Below are positions 48,841 through 58,436 of a stretch of DNA of 64,000 nucleotides, piece after piece; position 1 is the first letter of the stretch; every line of letters begins with the position of its first letter. Below the pieces are notes generated by a model. It had not been told where the DNA came from and made no database searches. It saw only the letters and a program-made list of their open reading frames with translations. Source of the DNA: Longimicrobiales bacterium (GTDB lineage Bacteria > Gemmatimonadota > Gemmatimonadetes > Longimicrobiales > Gaopeijiaceae); contig CBDFMQ010000002.1 in NCBI GenBank assembly GCA_965249725.1, forward strand, positions 2,016,001 through 2,080,000. The letters run 5' to 3'. Position numbers and translations under genes: made by a program.

Positions 48841-51096
48841 ATGGTCCGGTGTCTCCCTCGATCGCGTGCCCTCGTCACCTCGTTCCTGGTCGGCCTCGTC
48901 CTGGTGCCTTCGGCCGCCCTGGCTCAGGACCGGACGGGACGGGCCTTCACCCCCGAGGACGCTCTCGATGTGCGCACCGCTCGGATTCAGGATGTCTCCG
49001 AGGACGGCGCATGGATCGCGGCTACCGTGCAGCGCCACCGGGACCGACTCAACGTGGACCACGAGCGTTTCGGAGACCCCACGTACGTCTCCCCCTCTCT
49101 GGCCGAGGTCCTGGTCGTCGACACGCGCACGGGTGAAGAGCGATCGCTCTTCGACAAGCGGCTGGTGGCGAGAGCCTTCTCCTGGTCCGACGACAGTTCC
49201 CGGCTGGCCTTCTTCGCTCACGTGGACGACGCTTTCCAGTTGATGCTCTACGACGCCGGTCGAGACCGGCTCACGACGGTGGCCCTCCGCACCGAGCTGG
49301 AAATCTCATCCAGCTCGCCGCTGGATTGGAGTCCGGACGGATCGGCCGTTCTGGTAGGGTTCCGTCCCGAGGGATGGGCCGACGAGTCCCGGAGTGCGTA
49401 CTTGGCCATGGCGGAAGGACCGATCGTGGTCCAAGACTCCGCCAACGACTTCCTGGCGTGGGACGCCGTTCGGAAACGGTCGGCCGACATGATCACCGCC
49501 ACGGTGACGCTTTCCGACGGCGCCGTCCGCGAAATCGTGCCCGAGGCGCCGGTGCAGCAGCCGCAGTTCTCACAGAATGGGTCCTACGTCACCTACATGG
49601 TGGCGACCCGCTTGAAGACCTCCTACGAGCGTGCGAAGGGTACCGAGTACGAGATCTTCCAGCTCGATCTGTCGGGTGGGGACCCCCGCTCCGTACACCC
49701 TGCCACCGAGACCCGGCTCCGACCGGTTTGGAGTGAGGCCGGGGATGCCTTCGCGTATAGCGACGAAGGCAACGTCTTCGTCCGGCTCCTGTCGGCCGAC
49801 AGCGTGGTGAACCTCACGGAAGAGCACCGCACGCCGCTCGCGGAGGACGACTCCACGAAGATGAAGTTCACGGCCATGCAGTGGCGCCCCGACGGCGACG
49901 CCCTGCTCGTGAGCTCGCAGGAGGGCTATCACCTCCTCGACGCCGGTTCGGGCGACCTGGAGATGGTCTACGAGTTCGAGGGTGAGGAAGAAGAGCGTCC
50001 GCGCCTGGCGCTACAGTCATGGAGCCAGGACGGGCGCTATCTCTACCTGAGCTACTCGGCTCACGATCATTGGGAGCGCGGCCTGGTGCGCTACGACCTC
50101 CAGGACCGCGAGATGGAGGACCTGATCAAGGACGAGAGCCTCTACCGAAGCTGGAACGTCTCCAAAGACGGGGGCACCATCGTCTACGCCCATTCCGACG
50201 GGAACGAGCCCGACGAGCTTTGGGCCGCATCAGGGTCCATGACCAACGCGCGTCGGCTCACCGATCTGAATCCGCAGCTCGCCGATGTTCAGCTCACACG
50301 GAGCGAGCTCATCGAGTACCTCGATGTGGACGGCGAGAAGCTCTACGGCATCCTGTATTATCCCATCGATTACGAGCCCGGAAAGAAGTACCCCCTGGTG
50401 GCCGAGATCTACGAGACGTTTTTCGACAACGGCTACAACGCCAACATGAACATGTTGTCGAGCCAAGGATGGTTCGGCTTCCGCCCCTCCGTCGACCTAG
50501 AGATCGGGTACCCCGGTGAGGCGTGGCTGAAGGGTGTGACCACCGCCATCAACAAGGTCGTCGACCGTGGGCTGGTGGACGAAGACAAGTTGGGGGTCCA
50601 CGGCACCAGCTACGGCGGGTACGCGACCAACCTGCTCATCACGCAGACCGACCGTTTCGCGGCAGCTGTGAACATCTCAGGGAAGGTCAACATCATCAGC
50701 TTCCTGGGCGACAGCGAGAAGATCACCACGCGGAACTACGGCGCTGCCGAAGAGGGCCAGGACCGGATCGGCGCCACGCTCTGGGAGCAGCCGCAGAAGT
50801 ATGTGGAGCACTCGGCCATCATGTTCGCCGACCGCATCGACACGCCCCTGCTCATGCTCTCCGGTGAGGGTGATTGGAACGTGCCCGCCACCAACCAGCG
50901 CGAGATGTACTACGCGCTACGCAGGCTCGGGAAGAAGGTCACGTGGGTGAACTACATGCGGGCCGGACACGGCGCGGGTCGCGCCGGCACTGAGGAGGAT
51001 TTCCACGACCACTGGAACCGCATGTTCGAGTGGTACGGGACGTACTTCGAGAACGAGGACGCAGAGAAGGTCACCACGGACGGAGGCGCATCGTAG
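48841..51096 (+). CDS. Secreted S9 prolyl oligopeptidase-family peptidase
   Basis: Signal peptide, propeller WSPDG repeats, GTSYGG, GEGD.NVP and GH motifs. Confidence 0.92.
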   Translation: MVRCLPRSRALVTSFLVGLVLVPSAALAQDRTGRAFTPEDALDVRTARIQDVSEDGAWIAATVQRHRDRLNVDHERFGDPTYVSPSLAEVLVVDTRTGEERSLFDKRLVARAFSWSDDSSRLAFFAHVDDAFQLMLYDAGRDRLTTVALRTELEISSSSPLDWSPDGSAVLVGFRPEGWADESRSAYLAMAEGPIVVQDSANDFLAWDAVRKRSADMITATVTLSDGAVREIVPEAPVQQPQFSQNGSYVTYMVATRLKTSYERAKGTEYEIFQLDLSGGDPRSVHPATETRLRPVWSEAGDAFAYSDEGNVFVRLLSADSVVNLTEEHRTPLAEDDSTKMKFTAMQWRPDGDALLVSSQEGYHLLDAGSGDLEMVYEFEGEEEERPRLALQSWSQDGRYLYLSYSAHDHWERGLVRYDLQDREMEDLIKDESLYRSWNVSKDGGTIVYAHSDGNEPDELWAASGSMTNARRLTDLNPQLADVQLTRSELIEYLDVDGEKLYGILYYPIDYEPGKKYPLVAEIYETFFDNGYNANMNMLSSQGWFGFRPSVDLEIGYPGEAWLKGVTTAINKVVDRGLVDEDKLGVHGTSYGGYATNLLITQTDRFAAAVNISGKVNIISFLGDSEKITTRNYGAAEEGQDRIGATLWEQPQKYVEHSAIMFADRIDTPLLMLSGEGDWNVPATNQREMYYALRRLGKKVTWVNYMRAGHGAGRAGTEEDFHDHWNRMFEWYGTYFENEDAEKVTTDGGAS

Positions 51097-51109
51097 GGGG
51101 GACGCTAGA

Positions 51110-52720
51110 TCACGACCCGCCCCCGTCGCTGACCGGCTTCCGCTCGTTCTTCTGCTCCTCTACCATCCGAGCGACGTCGGCCAGGAGCTCCTTGGCATCG
51201 TACACGATGCCGTCCTTGATCGTGTACACAACCCCGCCCACGCGGTCCGACATTCCGGTCTCGTCGTTCAGGCGTACGGCTCCCGTGCCGTAGAGTACCT
51301 TCAGATCGTCGATGGGGTTTTCTCCAACAACGACAAGGTCAGCCAGCATTCCTTCCCGAACGATCCCGAACTCGATCGGCTGGCCCTTCGGCTCGAAGAG
51401 AGCCTGCGCACCGTGCATGGTGGCGCCCCGGATGACCTCCAGGGGATGGAAACCGGCCTCCTGGAGAAGCTCCATCTCCTCGATGGTTGAGAATCCGAAC
51501 ACGTTGTAGATGTAGCCGGCGTCGGAACTCACAGTGACCCGCCCGCCCATGTCCTTGTAGTCGTCCAGAAGCTGGAACCACACGTTGTAGAAGTTCTTCC
51601 AGGCGATCTCGTCCCACGACGTCCAATCGTAGTAGTACGACCCGTGATTCTCACGGCTCGGCTCGTAGAAGTCCCACAACGACGGCAACGTGTACTTCTC
51701 ATGCCATTCCGCTGAACGGGCCCGCATGACGTCGCGGCTGGCGAGATAGGCCGTCATGGTCGGATCCATGATCAGATCGAGCTCGAGCAACTCCTCGAGT
51801 AGCGCGTTCCACTCGTCGCTTCCCGGGGGGTGGATCATGTCCCACTGCCGAGCCACCTCACCGAAGCGATGCTGCTCGTTGGCGTAGTTCATATCCGCCG
51901 GCCAGGGCTGGATGTCGGCATCGGCATAAAGCGCCTCGAAGAACCCGTAGTAGTGCGTGACGGTCCCGAGTCCCAGGCGGGCCGCGTCGAGAGCGTTCAT
52001 CTGTGCGACGCCCGTCTGGGCGAGGTGGGCTGTCGAGCCCAACCCCTGGACCTGCGCCTCGGACAGGATCGCTTCCATGAGCTCGGGGGGATGGGCACCG
52101 AGCTTGATCCCATCGATGCCGTTCGCGGCGGCCCAGCGTACCCAAGCCCGGGCCTGTTCCGGAGTCCGTACCGGACCCTGATCCCACCCTTGCCCCGGCC
52201 GGTGGTACACGAACATGCGGGGTGCCGTGATCTCGTTCCGGGCGCTACGGGCCTGTTCGCTCAGCGAGAAGTCCACGGGGCCGTACGACACGCCCCGGCC
52301 GGCGGTGATCCCGTGCGCCATCCAGAGTTTGTAGACGTATTCGGCCTCCGGCGTCTTCGGATCGCCGCCCGTGTGCAGGTGGAGGTCGACGAAACCGGGC
52401 ATTACGTACATGCCTTCGGCATCGATTTCGCGCGTGGCCCCCCCGGGTCGTCTCGATTCGTCGATAGGCACACCGGGCACGCCCACACCGACGATGGCCT
52501 CGATTCGGTTTCCCTCGACGACGATGTCGACGGGACCTCGTGGAGGCGCGCCTGTGCCGTCGATCACGATGGCCCCTCGGAGAATCAGTCGATCGAAGGG
52601 ACCCTCACCCTCGGTCCGATCGGGGGCCGGCTGCACCTGCGCGACAGCCGAGGCCGGCACCCAAAGGACGGTGAGGGTTGCCACCACCCGCATCAAGGAT
52701 TCGGGGCTGAACGACTTCAT
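51110..52720 (-). CDS. Secreted amidohydrolase
   Basis: MPGFVDLHLH, SSDAG and G.LADLVVV..NP motifs. AGGAGG RBS before MKSFS. Confidence 0.9.
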   Translation of the reverse strand: MKSFSPESLMRVVATLTVLWVPASAVAQVQPAPDRTEGEGPFDRLILRGAIVIDGTGAPPRGPVDIVVEGNRIEAIVGVGVPGVPIDESRRPGGATREIDAEGMYVMPGFVDLHLHTGGDPKTPEAEYVYKLWMAHGITAGRGVSYGPVDFSLSEQARSARNEITAPRMFVYHRPGQGWDQGPVRTPEQARAWVRWAAANGIDGIKLGAHPPELMEAILSEAQVQGLGSTAHLAQTGVAQMNALDAARLGLGTVTHYYGFFEALYADADIQPWPADMNYANEQHRFGEVARQWDMIHPPGSDEWNALLEELLELDLIMDPTMTAYLASRDVMRARSAEWHEKYTLPSLWDFYEPSRENHGSYYYDWTSWDEIAWKNFYNVWFQLLDDYKDMGGRVTVSSDAGYIYNVFGFSTIEEMELLQEAGFHPLEVIRGATMHGAQALFEPKGQPIEFGIVREGMLADLVVVGENPIDDLKVLYGTGAVRLNDETGMSDRVGGVVYTIKDGIVYDAKELLADVARMVEEQKNERKPVSDGGGS

Positions 52721-52947
52721 TCCTTGCCTCCTGGGTCTTACCAGAGATCTCCGCATTCCCGGCACGTGGGGGACCGATCCCGGGCCCCCTCGTCGGGCGT
52801 ACAATATGGCATGCACGCGAGGCGTCAGGCGAGCGACCTCCCGCGTCGCCCGGGCTTGCCTCCCCGTGGACCCATCTCCACAATCGCACGATTCGATCGC
52901 ACTGCACCTGATCCACTCACGCACAGCAACTTGGGAGGACCCCGAGT

Positions 52948-53724
52948 ATGGAAGACCTCTTCCTGGAGCACCTGGCCTGGCCCGACGTGGCGAAGGCACT
53001 CGAGGAGGGCTACACGACCGTCGTGGTCCCGGTGGGCGCCGTGGAGCAGCACGGCCCCCACCTCCCGCTCTGCGTGGACGCCGAGCGTGGCACCCGACTT
53101 GGCCTCGAAATCGCGAAGCGACTGCGCCACGCCCTGGTGGCTCCGACGATCCGGGTCGGGTGCTCGGAGCACCACATGGCCTTTCCGGGGACGCTCTCTC
53201 TTCGAGAGTCGACCCTTCGGGCGGTGTGTAGCGACTATTGTGCCAGCCTCTCGAAGCACGGCTTCACGAAGATCTGCCTGGTGCCCTCGCACGGCGGCAA
53301 CTTCGCCCCTCTCACGCGAATGCTCGATGACCTCCAGCGGGCCGTGTCCCCCGGATGCACCGTCCTGGCCTACACGGACCTGATGGGATTCCTCGAGGTC
53401 TGGAAGCGCGTCGTGGGCGAGGCCGGGATGGGTGAACGCGTGGGCGGCCACGCCGATGTGGCCGAGGGATCGGAGATGCTGGCCATCCGACCCGAACTGG
53501 TGAGGACGGAACGCGCCGAGAGCGGGTACACGGGCGAGACGTCCCCAGAACTGCTGGATCGGATCTTCCGTGAGGGCCTCCAGTCCGTCACCGAGAACGG
53601 CATTCTGGGCGACGCGAGAGGATTGAGCTCAGAACTCGGAGAACGGTGCCTCGCGGAGGGAGCCGACGTCATTGCGGCCTCCTTCGCCAGGCCTGAGGGG
53701 GCTTCGCAGCCACCGCACGGATAA
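52948..53724 (+). CDS. Creatininase family protein
   Basis: GAVEQHGPHLP..D, SEHH..FPGTLS, SHGGN and HAD..E.S motifs. Confidence 0.92.
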   Translation: MEDLFLEHLAWPDVAKALEEGYTTVVVPVGAVEQHGPHLPLCVDAERGTRLGLEIAKRLRHALVAPTIRVGCSEHHMAFPGTLSLRESTLRAVCSDYCASLSKHGFTKICLVPSHGGNFAPLTRMLDDLQRAVSPGCTVLAYTDLMGFLEVWKRVVGEAGMGERVGGHADVAEGSEMLAIRPELVRTERAESGYTGETSPELLDRIFREGLQSVTENGILGDARGLSSELGERCLAEGADVIAASFARPEGASQPPHG

Positions 53725-53884
53725 CGCTCTCCCGCCTCGGACGATGAGGCCGGTACGCACCGGACGTCGGCTGGCCGCAGTTCGGAGCGAAAAGCGTTGG
53801 TCCACCCCACCCCTGGAGCTATCGTGTGGTGGGCCTCCTGTGGCCCGGGCGAAATCGTCACGCAACTCTTGCCTGGAGATGCAC

Positions 53885-54070
53885 ATGTCGGGTATCGCGA
53901 AGCTCTTCGTTCTCCTCTCCCTTGTCGCCTTCCTGCTTGCCGTAGTCGGCTCCTGGATGGGTGCCATGCTCGGCGTCGGAGCCGAGGCCTACTCCAGGGC
54001 CTGCACTAACCTGGCCCTGATGGCTATCGCCATCACCATGGTCTTCCCGGAAGAGGGATCGGCCAGCTAG
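53885..54070 (+). CDS. Small two-TM membrane protein
   Basis: GGAG RBS. MSGIAKLFVLLSLVAF...GVGAEAYSRACTNLALMAIA. Confidence 0.7.
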   Translation: MSGIAKLFVLLSLVAFLLAVVGSWMGAMLGVGAEAYSRACTNLALMAIAITMVFPEEGSAS

Positions 54071-54241
54071 AACGCCGTCCACCGGGCCCTCAGGGGTCCG
54101 GCCCAAATTGGCGTTTCCCGTCCTCAGACGTATTGTGTCCGCCGAGATCCTCCGGTGGGGTTCGCGCCGCCGCGCCGGAGGTTCCGGCTATACGAGCGAT
54201 CCTCGGATTGGTGCCCCCGTCGGTGCCAGAAGGAGCACTGC

Positions 54242-54868
54242 ATGGCGTCAGGTACGACCTCGCTTCCGGTTCGAAGGTCCTTCGGTCAGACGACCCGTCC
54301 CGGCGCGTGGTGGCTGCAGCCCGTAGCCGTCTTCCTGGGCCTGAGTGCCTTCATCGTCTACTCCACTTGGGCCGCCTTCCAGGGCGAGCACTATTCGTTC
54401 GCTAGCTACCTGTCTCCCTTCTATTCCCCCGAGCTTTTCGGGGCGACGCACCACGCCTGGTTCGGCCCGCAGCCGAGTTGGTGGTTCGGCTGGCTCCCTT
54501 GGTCCCCGGCATTCCTCATCTTGTGGGCACCGGGCGGCTTCCGGCTGACGTGCTATTACTACAGGGGAGCCTACTACAAGGCGTTCTGGGCTGACCCGCC
54601 CTCTTGCGCGGTGGGGGAGCCCCGCAAGACCTACTGGGGAGAGCGTTCCTTCCCGCTGATCATGCAGAACGCGCACCGGTACTTCGTGTACAGAACCGAG
54701 CAGGGAGTGGGGCTCTGCAACATCACCAAGTGCTGCACAAAGGTCTGTCCGGAGGGTATCACCATCACCGACAACGCGATCATTCCGCTCAAGGAGCGGG
54801 TCGCGGACGGGGCATACGATCCCGTCGGAAAGCTGATCCAGTTGGTCGCAGGACGTTCGAAGGATTGA
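54242..54868 (+). pseudogene. Chimera of a succinate dehydrogenase membrane-subunit N-terminus and an Fe-S subunit C-terminus
   Basis: YLSPFYSP...PGGFRLTCYYYRGAYYKAFWADPPSCAVGEP...FPLIMQNAHRYF is joined in frame near 54690 to GVGLCNITKCCTKVCPEGITITDNAIIPLKERV. Confidence 0.82.
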
Positions 54869-54871
54869 ATT

Positions 54872-55375
54872 ATGGAATTCGAGCTGAAAGCCATCTCACC
54901 GGATAATATCGAGGCCGCGAAGGAGAAGGCCGTCCGATACCGGTTGCTGAACGAACCGGCTCTTGCCGAGAGTATCTGCCGCGACGTGCTGTCCGTGGCT
55001 CCGGACGATCGCGAGGCCACGATCACGCTGCTGCTCTCACTCACCGACCAGTTCACCTCTCCGAGAGGATCTCGCGTGCGGGAAGCGACGGAGCTGGTCG
55101 AGCAACTCGAGAGCGACTACGACAAGCGGTACTATTCCGGCATGATCTGCGAGCGGCGGGGTCTCGCCGCCTTGGCCAAGCCGGGTCCGGGAACCGGTCC
55201 CATCGCATACGACTGGCTACGCAGGGCCATGGATCACTACGAGTCGGCGAACGAAGTCGGGCCCGACGGCAACGGAGAGGCACTCCTTCGCTGGAACACC
55301 TGCGCCCGGGTCATCATGCGCGATCGCCAGATACGGCCTGTATCGGAAGAGCACGCGCCCACGATGCTGGAGTAG
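54872..55375 (+). CDS. Helical hypothetical protein
   Basis: Starts 3 nt after the chimera. KA.RYRLLNEP..AESIC.D, YYSG.ICERR and LRWNTCAR motifs. Confidence 0.8.
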   Translation: MEFELKAISPDNIEAAKEKAVRYRLLNEPALAESICRDVLSVAPDDREATITLLLSLTDQFTSPRGSRVREATELVEQLESDYDKRYYSGMICERRGLAALAKPGPGTGPIAYDWLRRAMDHYESANEVGPDGNGEALLRWNTCARVIMRDRQIRPVSEEHAPTMLE

Positions 55376-55380
55376 TCTCC

Positions 55381-56025
55381 CTACGCCTTTTCACCCTCCG
55401 GATGCTGCAGATCGAACACCGCAGCGGCCGCCACACCACCCAGGACCGGGCCCACGAGGTAGATCCACAGGCTCGTCAAGGATCCATCGCCGGCAAACGT
55501 ATCCACAAGGATCGGGCCTGTGCCAACGGCAGGGTTGAAGACGCCGCCCGACACACCTCCGACTGCGAACGCACCCACCATGACGGTGAATCCGATCGCG
55601 AGGCCATAGTAAGAGTTACCGGCGGTCGCGTCGTCGGTCGCGACGTTGAGAATGACGAGCGCCAACGCGAAGGTGAAGAGCGCCTCACTCAGCAGCACCG
55701 CCACCAGCCCGACCTCGGCTCCCGGTGCCGGGGCGAAAGTGCTGCCGGTGATTACTAGCACCGCGAGGCTGGCCAGGACCGCGCCGAGGACCTGCGCGAC
55801 GATGTAGGGCAAGAGGTCGCGGCCCTCCATCTTGCCTCTGATGAGAATCGCGATGCTGATGGCCGGGTTGTAGTGCGCGCCGGATATGTGTCCACCCATG
55901 TAGACCATGACCATGAGGGCCGACCCGATGGCCAGTGGAGCCAACGGAGTCCCGTCCAGCACGGTCAGCCCGATGGTGAGCACCAGAAAGAACGTCCCGA
56001 TGGCTTCGGTCAGGTAGCGACTCAT
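55381..56025 (-). CDS. Aquaporin / MIP channel
   Basis: E.IGTF, GHISGAHYNPA and SGGVFNPA motifs. Confidence 0.95.
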   Translation of the reverse strand: MSRYLTEAIGTFFLVLTIGLTVLDGTPLAPLAIGSALMVMVYMGGHISGAHYNPAISIAILIRGKMEGRDLLPYIVAQVLGAVLASLAVLVITGSTFAPAPGAEVGLVAVLLSEALFTFALALVILNVATDDATAGNSYYGLAIGFTVMVGAFAVGGVSGGVFNPAVGTGPILVDTFAGDGSLTSLWIYLVGPVLGGVAAAAVFDLQHPEGEKA

Positions 56026-56171
56026 GGTATGGAGACTCCAGTTCTAATGGGGGCGGCGAGTCCCGTCCGTCGTCGGACGAAGACCGCGCTCACGGCGTCG
56101 AATGGCCCAGTTTGCGCGCCGGCCCGCCGGCCTGCAACCTTCGGCATGAACGCTGCCGCGACGGACTCGAC

Positions 56172-57122
56172 ATGACCGACACCCCCCGCGCCCGGGCGTA
56201 CGCGCCAGCGACCGTGGGCAACGTCCTGTGCGGCTTCGACGTGTTCGGCCTGGCCCTCGAGCGCCCCGGAGACGTAGTCGAGGCCCGGCGCTGCCCCGAG
56301 CCGGGAGTGGCGATCAAGGCGATTCACGGGGACGGCGGGCGCCTTCCGGTCGACCCGGAGCAGAACGCGGTGGGTGTCGCGGCAACGGCGGTGATCGAGG
56401 CCGCGGGTCTACAGGGTGTCGGAGTCGAGCTCGAGGTTTGGAAGGGGCTGCCGCTCTCGGGGGGTATGGGTGGCAGCGCCGCCAGCTCCGTGGCCGCGGT
56501 GGTCGCCACCAACGCCCTGCTCGGCGCGGGACTGAGCATGGAGGACCAGCTGCTGTGCACGTTGGAGGGTGAACGTCGCGTCGCCGGTTCCACGCACTCG
56601 GACAACAGTGCCCCTTCCCTTCACGGCGGCATCGTCATGGTGCGGCCCGAGCGCCCGGGCGTCGCCATCCCGCTCCCCGTGCCCGAGGGTCTCGCCGTCG
56701 CTCTGGTCCACCCTCCTCTCGAACTGGGGACGGGGGCGATGAGAGAAGCCCTCCCCGAGGCGGTTCCGCTCGACCGCGCCGTGGCCCAGTGGGCGAACTG
56801 TGCCGCCCTGGTCGTCGGCCTCTACGAGGAAGACTGGGACCTGATCGGCCGAGCGCTGGTCGATGAGATCGCAGCGCCATATCGGAGCCCGCACGTAAAG
56901 GGCTTCGATGCGGTCCGCTCGGCGGCCATCGAGGCCGGCGCCGTAGGGGCGGGGTTGTCCGGGTCCGGCCCTTCGATGTTCGCACTCTGCCGGAACATCT
57001 CAGACGCGGCAGCCGCCGCGGACGCGATGAAGCTGGCCTTCGCCGACGTGGGCCTCGAGGGTGTCGACCGCTTTGTGTCCCTGGTCGGGAGCGGGGCGCG
57101 CGTCGTCGAGGACCTGCCTTGA
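56172..57122 (+). CDS. thrB: Homoserine kinase
   Basis: PATVGN...GFD, KGLPL.GGMGGSAAS, H.DN.AP and SGSGPS motifs. Confidence 0.95.
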   Translation: MTDTPRARAYAPATVGNVLCGFDVFGLALERPGDVVEARRCPEPGVAIKAIHGDGGRLPVDPEQNAVGVAATAVIEAAGLQGVGVELEVWKGLPLSGGMGGSAASSVAAVVATNALLGAGLSMEDQLLCTLEGERRVAGSTHSDNSAPSLHGGIVMVRPERPGVAIPLPVPEGLAVALVHPPLELGTGAMREALPEAVPLDRAVAQWANCAALVVGLYEEDWDLIGRALVDEIAAPYRSPHVKGFDAVRSAAIEAGAVGAGLSGSGPSMFALCRNISDAAAAADAMKLAFADVGLEGVDRFVSLVGSGARVVEDLP

Positions 57123-58435
57123 GGCTGATCAGCACAGCCGGCGGCAGTCCTGCAGCCGACCTGAAGACGGCACTGCTTCAAGGGCTCGCCCCGGACGGGG
57201 GTCTCTACCTGCCCGAGCGCTTCACACCGCTTCCGGCGGCCACCCTGGAGAGTCTGAGAGGTCGACCGTTCGTGAGGGTCGCACGGGAGGTGGCGAACCA
57301 CCTCCTCGCCGGCCAGGTCGCGGCTACGGAGTTGGAGGCCATCGTGGACGCGGCGCTTGACTTTCCGGTACCGCTCCTCGAGTTGGAGCCGGACCTTCAT
57401 GTATTGGAGCTCTTCCACGGTCCGACGTTGGCCTTCAAGGACGTAGGGGCTCGCTTCATGGCGAGACTCCTCGGCCACGTCAGAAGGGACGACGAAGAGG
57501 AGATCACTATTCTGGTGGCGACGTCGGGCGACACGGGAAGCGCCGTCGCCGATGCGTTCCTGGACGTCTCAGGGGTCCGGACGGTAGTCCTGTATCCCCG
57601 GGGACGGGTGAGCGCGCTTCAGGAGCGGCAGTTCACCACACTCGGCGGCAACGTTCACGCGCTTGAGATGGACGGCACCTTCGACGACTGCCAACGGATG
57701 GTCAAGGAGGCCTTTGCCGACCGCGAGCTCCGATCTCAGCTTCGCCTGACCTCGGCCAATTCCATCAACATCGGCCGTCTTCTACCCCAGATCTTCTACT
57801 ACTTCCACGCCTGGGCCCAGCTGCCTGAGGGATCGCCACCTCTGTTTTGCGTGCCTTCCGGCAACTTCGGCAACCTCACGGGCGGACTCATCGCGAAGAG
57901 GCTCGGGCTCCCGACGCGGGGGTTCGTCGCGGCTACGAATGTGAACGACACTGTGCCCGAGTACTTGAACACCGGCGTTGTACGGACCAAGCCCTCGGTA
58001 CAGACCATCTCGAAAGCCATGGACGTGGGGGATCCCAGCAACCTGGCCCGTATCCTGACGCTCTATGACCAGGACGTCGGCAGTCTCAGGGCCGACGTGA
58101 CCGGGAGCGTGCATGACGATACCGAGACTCGCCGAGCCATCCGGGAGGTACACGAAGCGACGGGGTACACACTGGATCCCCACTCCGCGGTGGCCTATCT
58201 CGGAGTCGCGGCTGGCCGGGCCGCGTTCGGCGACGGACCCGCCGTATGCATTGCCACGGCCCATCCGGTGAAGTTCCGCGACGTGGTTGAAGTCGAGATC
58301 GGAGTGTCGGTACCGGTGCCGGAGCGCTTGGCCGCCCGAATGGCGGGAGAACGATCCGTCACGACGATAGGGGCACCGGCGGGGGCACCGGCGGGTGCAC
58401 AAGCGGGTGCGCTACGCGACGTGCTACTCGGCTGA
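57119..58435 (+). CDS. thrC: Threonine synthase
   Basis: GLAPDGGLY, ELFHGPTLAFKD, ATSGDTG, SANSIN, PSGNFGN and TAHP.KF motifs. Confidence 0.96.
   Translation: MRLISTAGGSPAADLKTALLQGLAPDGGLYLPERFTPLPAATLESLRGRPFVRVAREVANHLLAGQVAATELEAIVDAALDFPVPLLELEPDLHVLELFHGPTLAFKDVGARFMARLLGHVRRDDEEEITILVATSGDTGSAVADAFLDVSGVRTVVLYPRGRVSALQERQFTTLGGNVHALEMDGTFDDCQRMVKEAFADRELRSQLRLTSANSINIGRLLPQIFYYFHAWAQLPEGSPPLFCVPSGNFGNLTGGLIAKRLGLPTRGFVAATNVNDTVPEYLNTGVVRTKPSVQTISKAMDVGDPSNLARILTLYDQDVGSLRADVTGSVHDDTETRRAIREVHEATGYTLDPHSAVAYLGVAAGRAAFGDGPAVCIATAHPVKFRDVVEVEIGVSVPVPERLAARMAGERSVTTIGAPAGAPAGAQAGALRDVLLG
58370..58405. repeat. 12-bp tandem repeat GGGGCACCGGCG x2 plus one degenerate unit
   Basis: Encodes GAPAGAPAGAQA near the ThrC C-terminus. 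Confidence 0.8.
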
Positions 58436-58436
58436 C

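Noticed and set aside
52948..53724. Mycofactocin (MftE) or other RiPP cluster
   Set aside because: Creatininase fold only. No precursor, radical SAM or RRE gene lies nearby.
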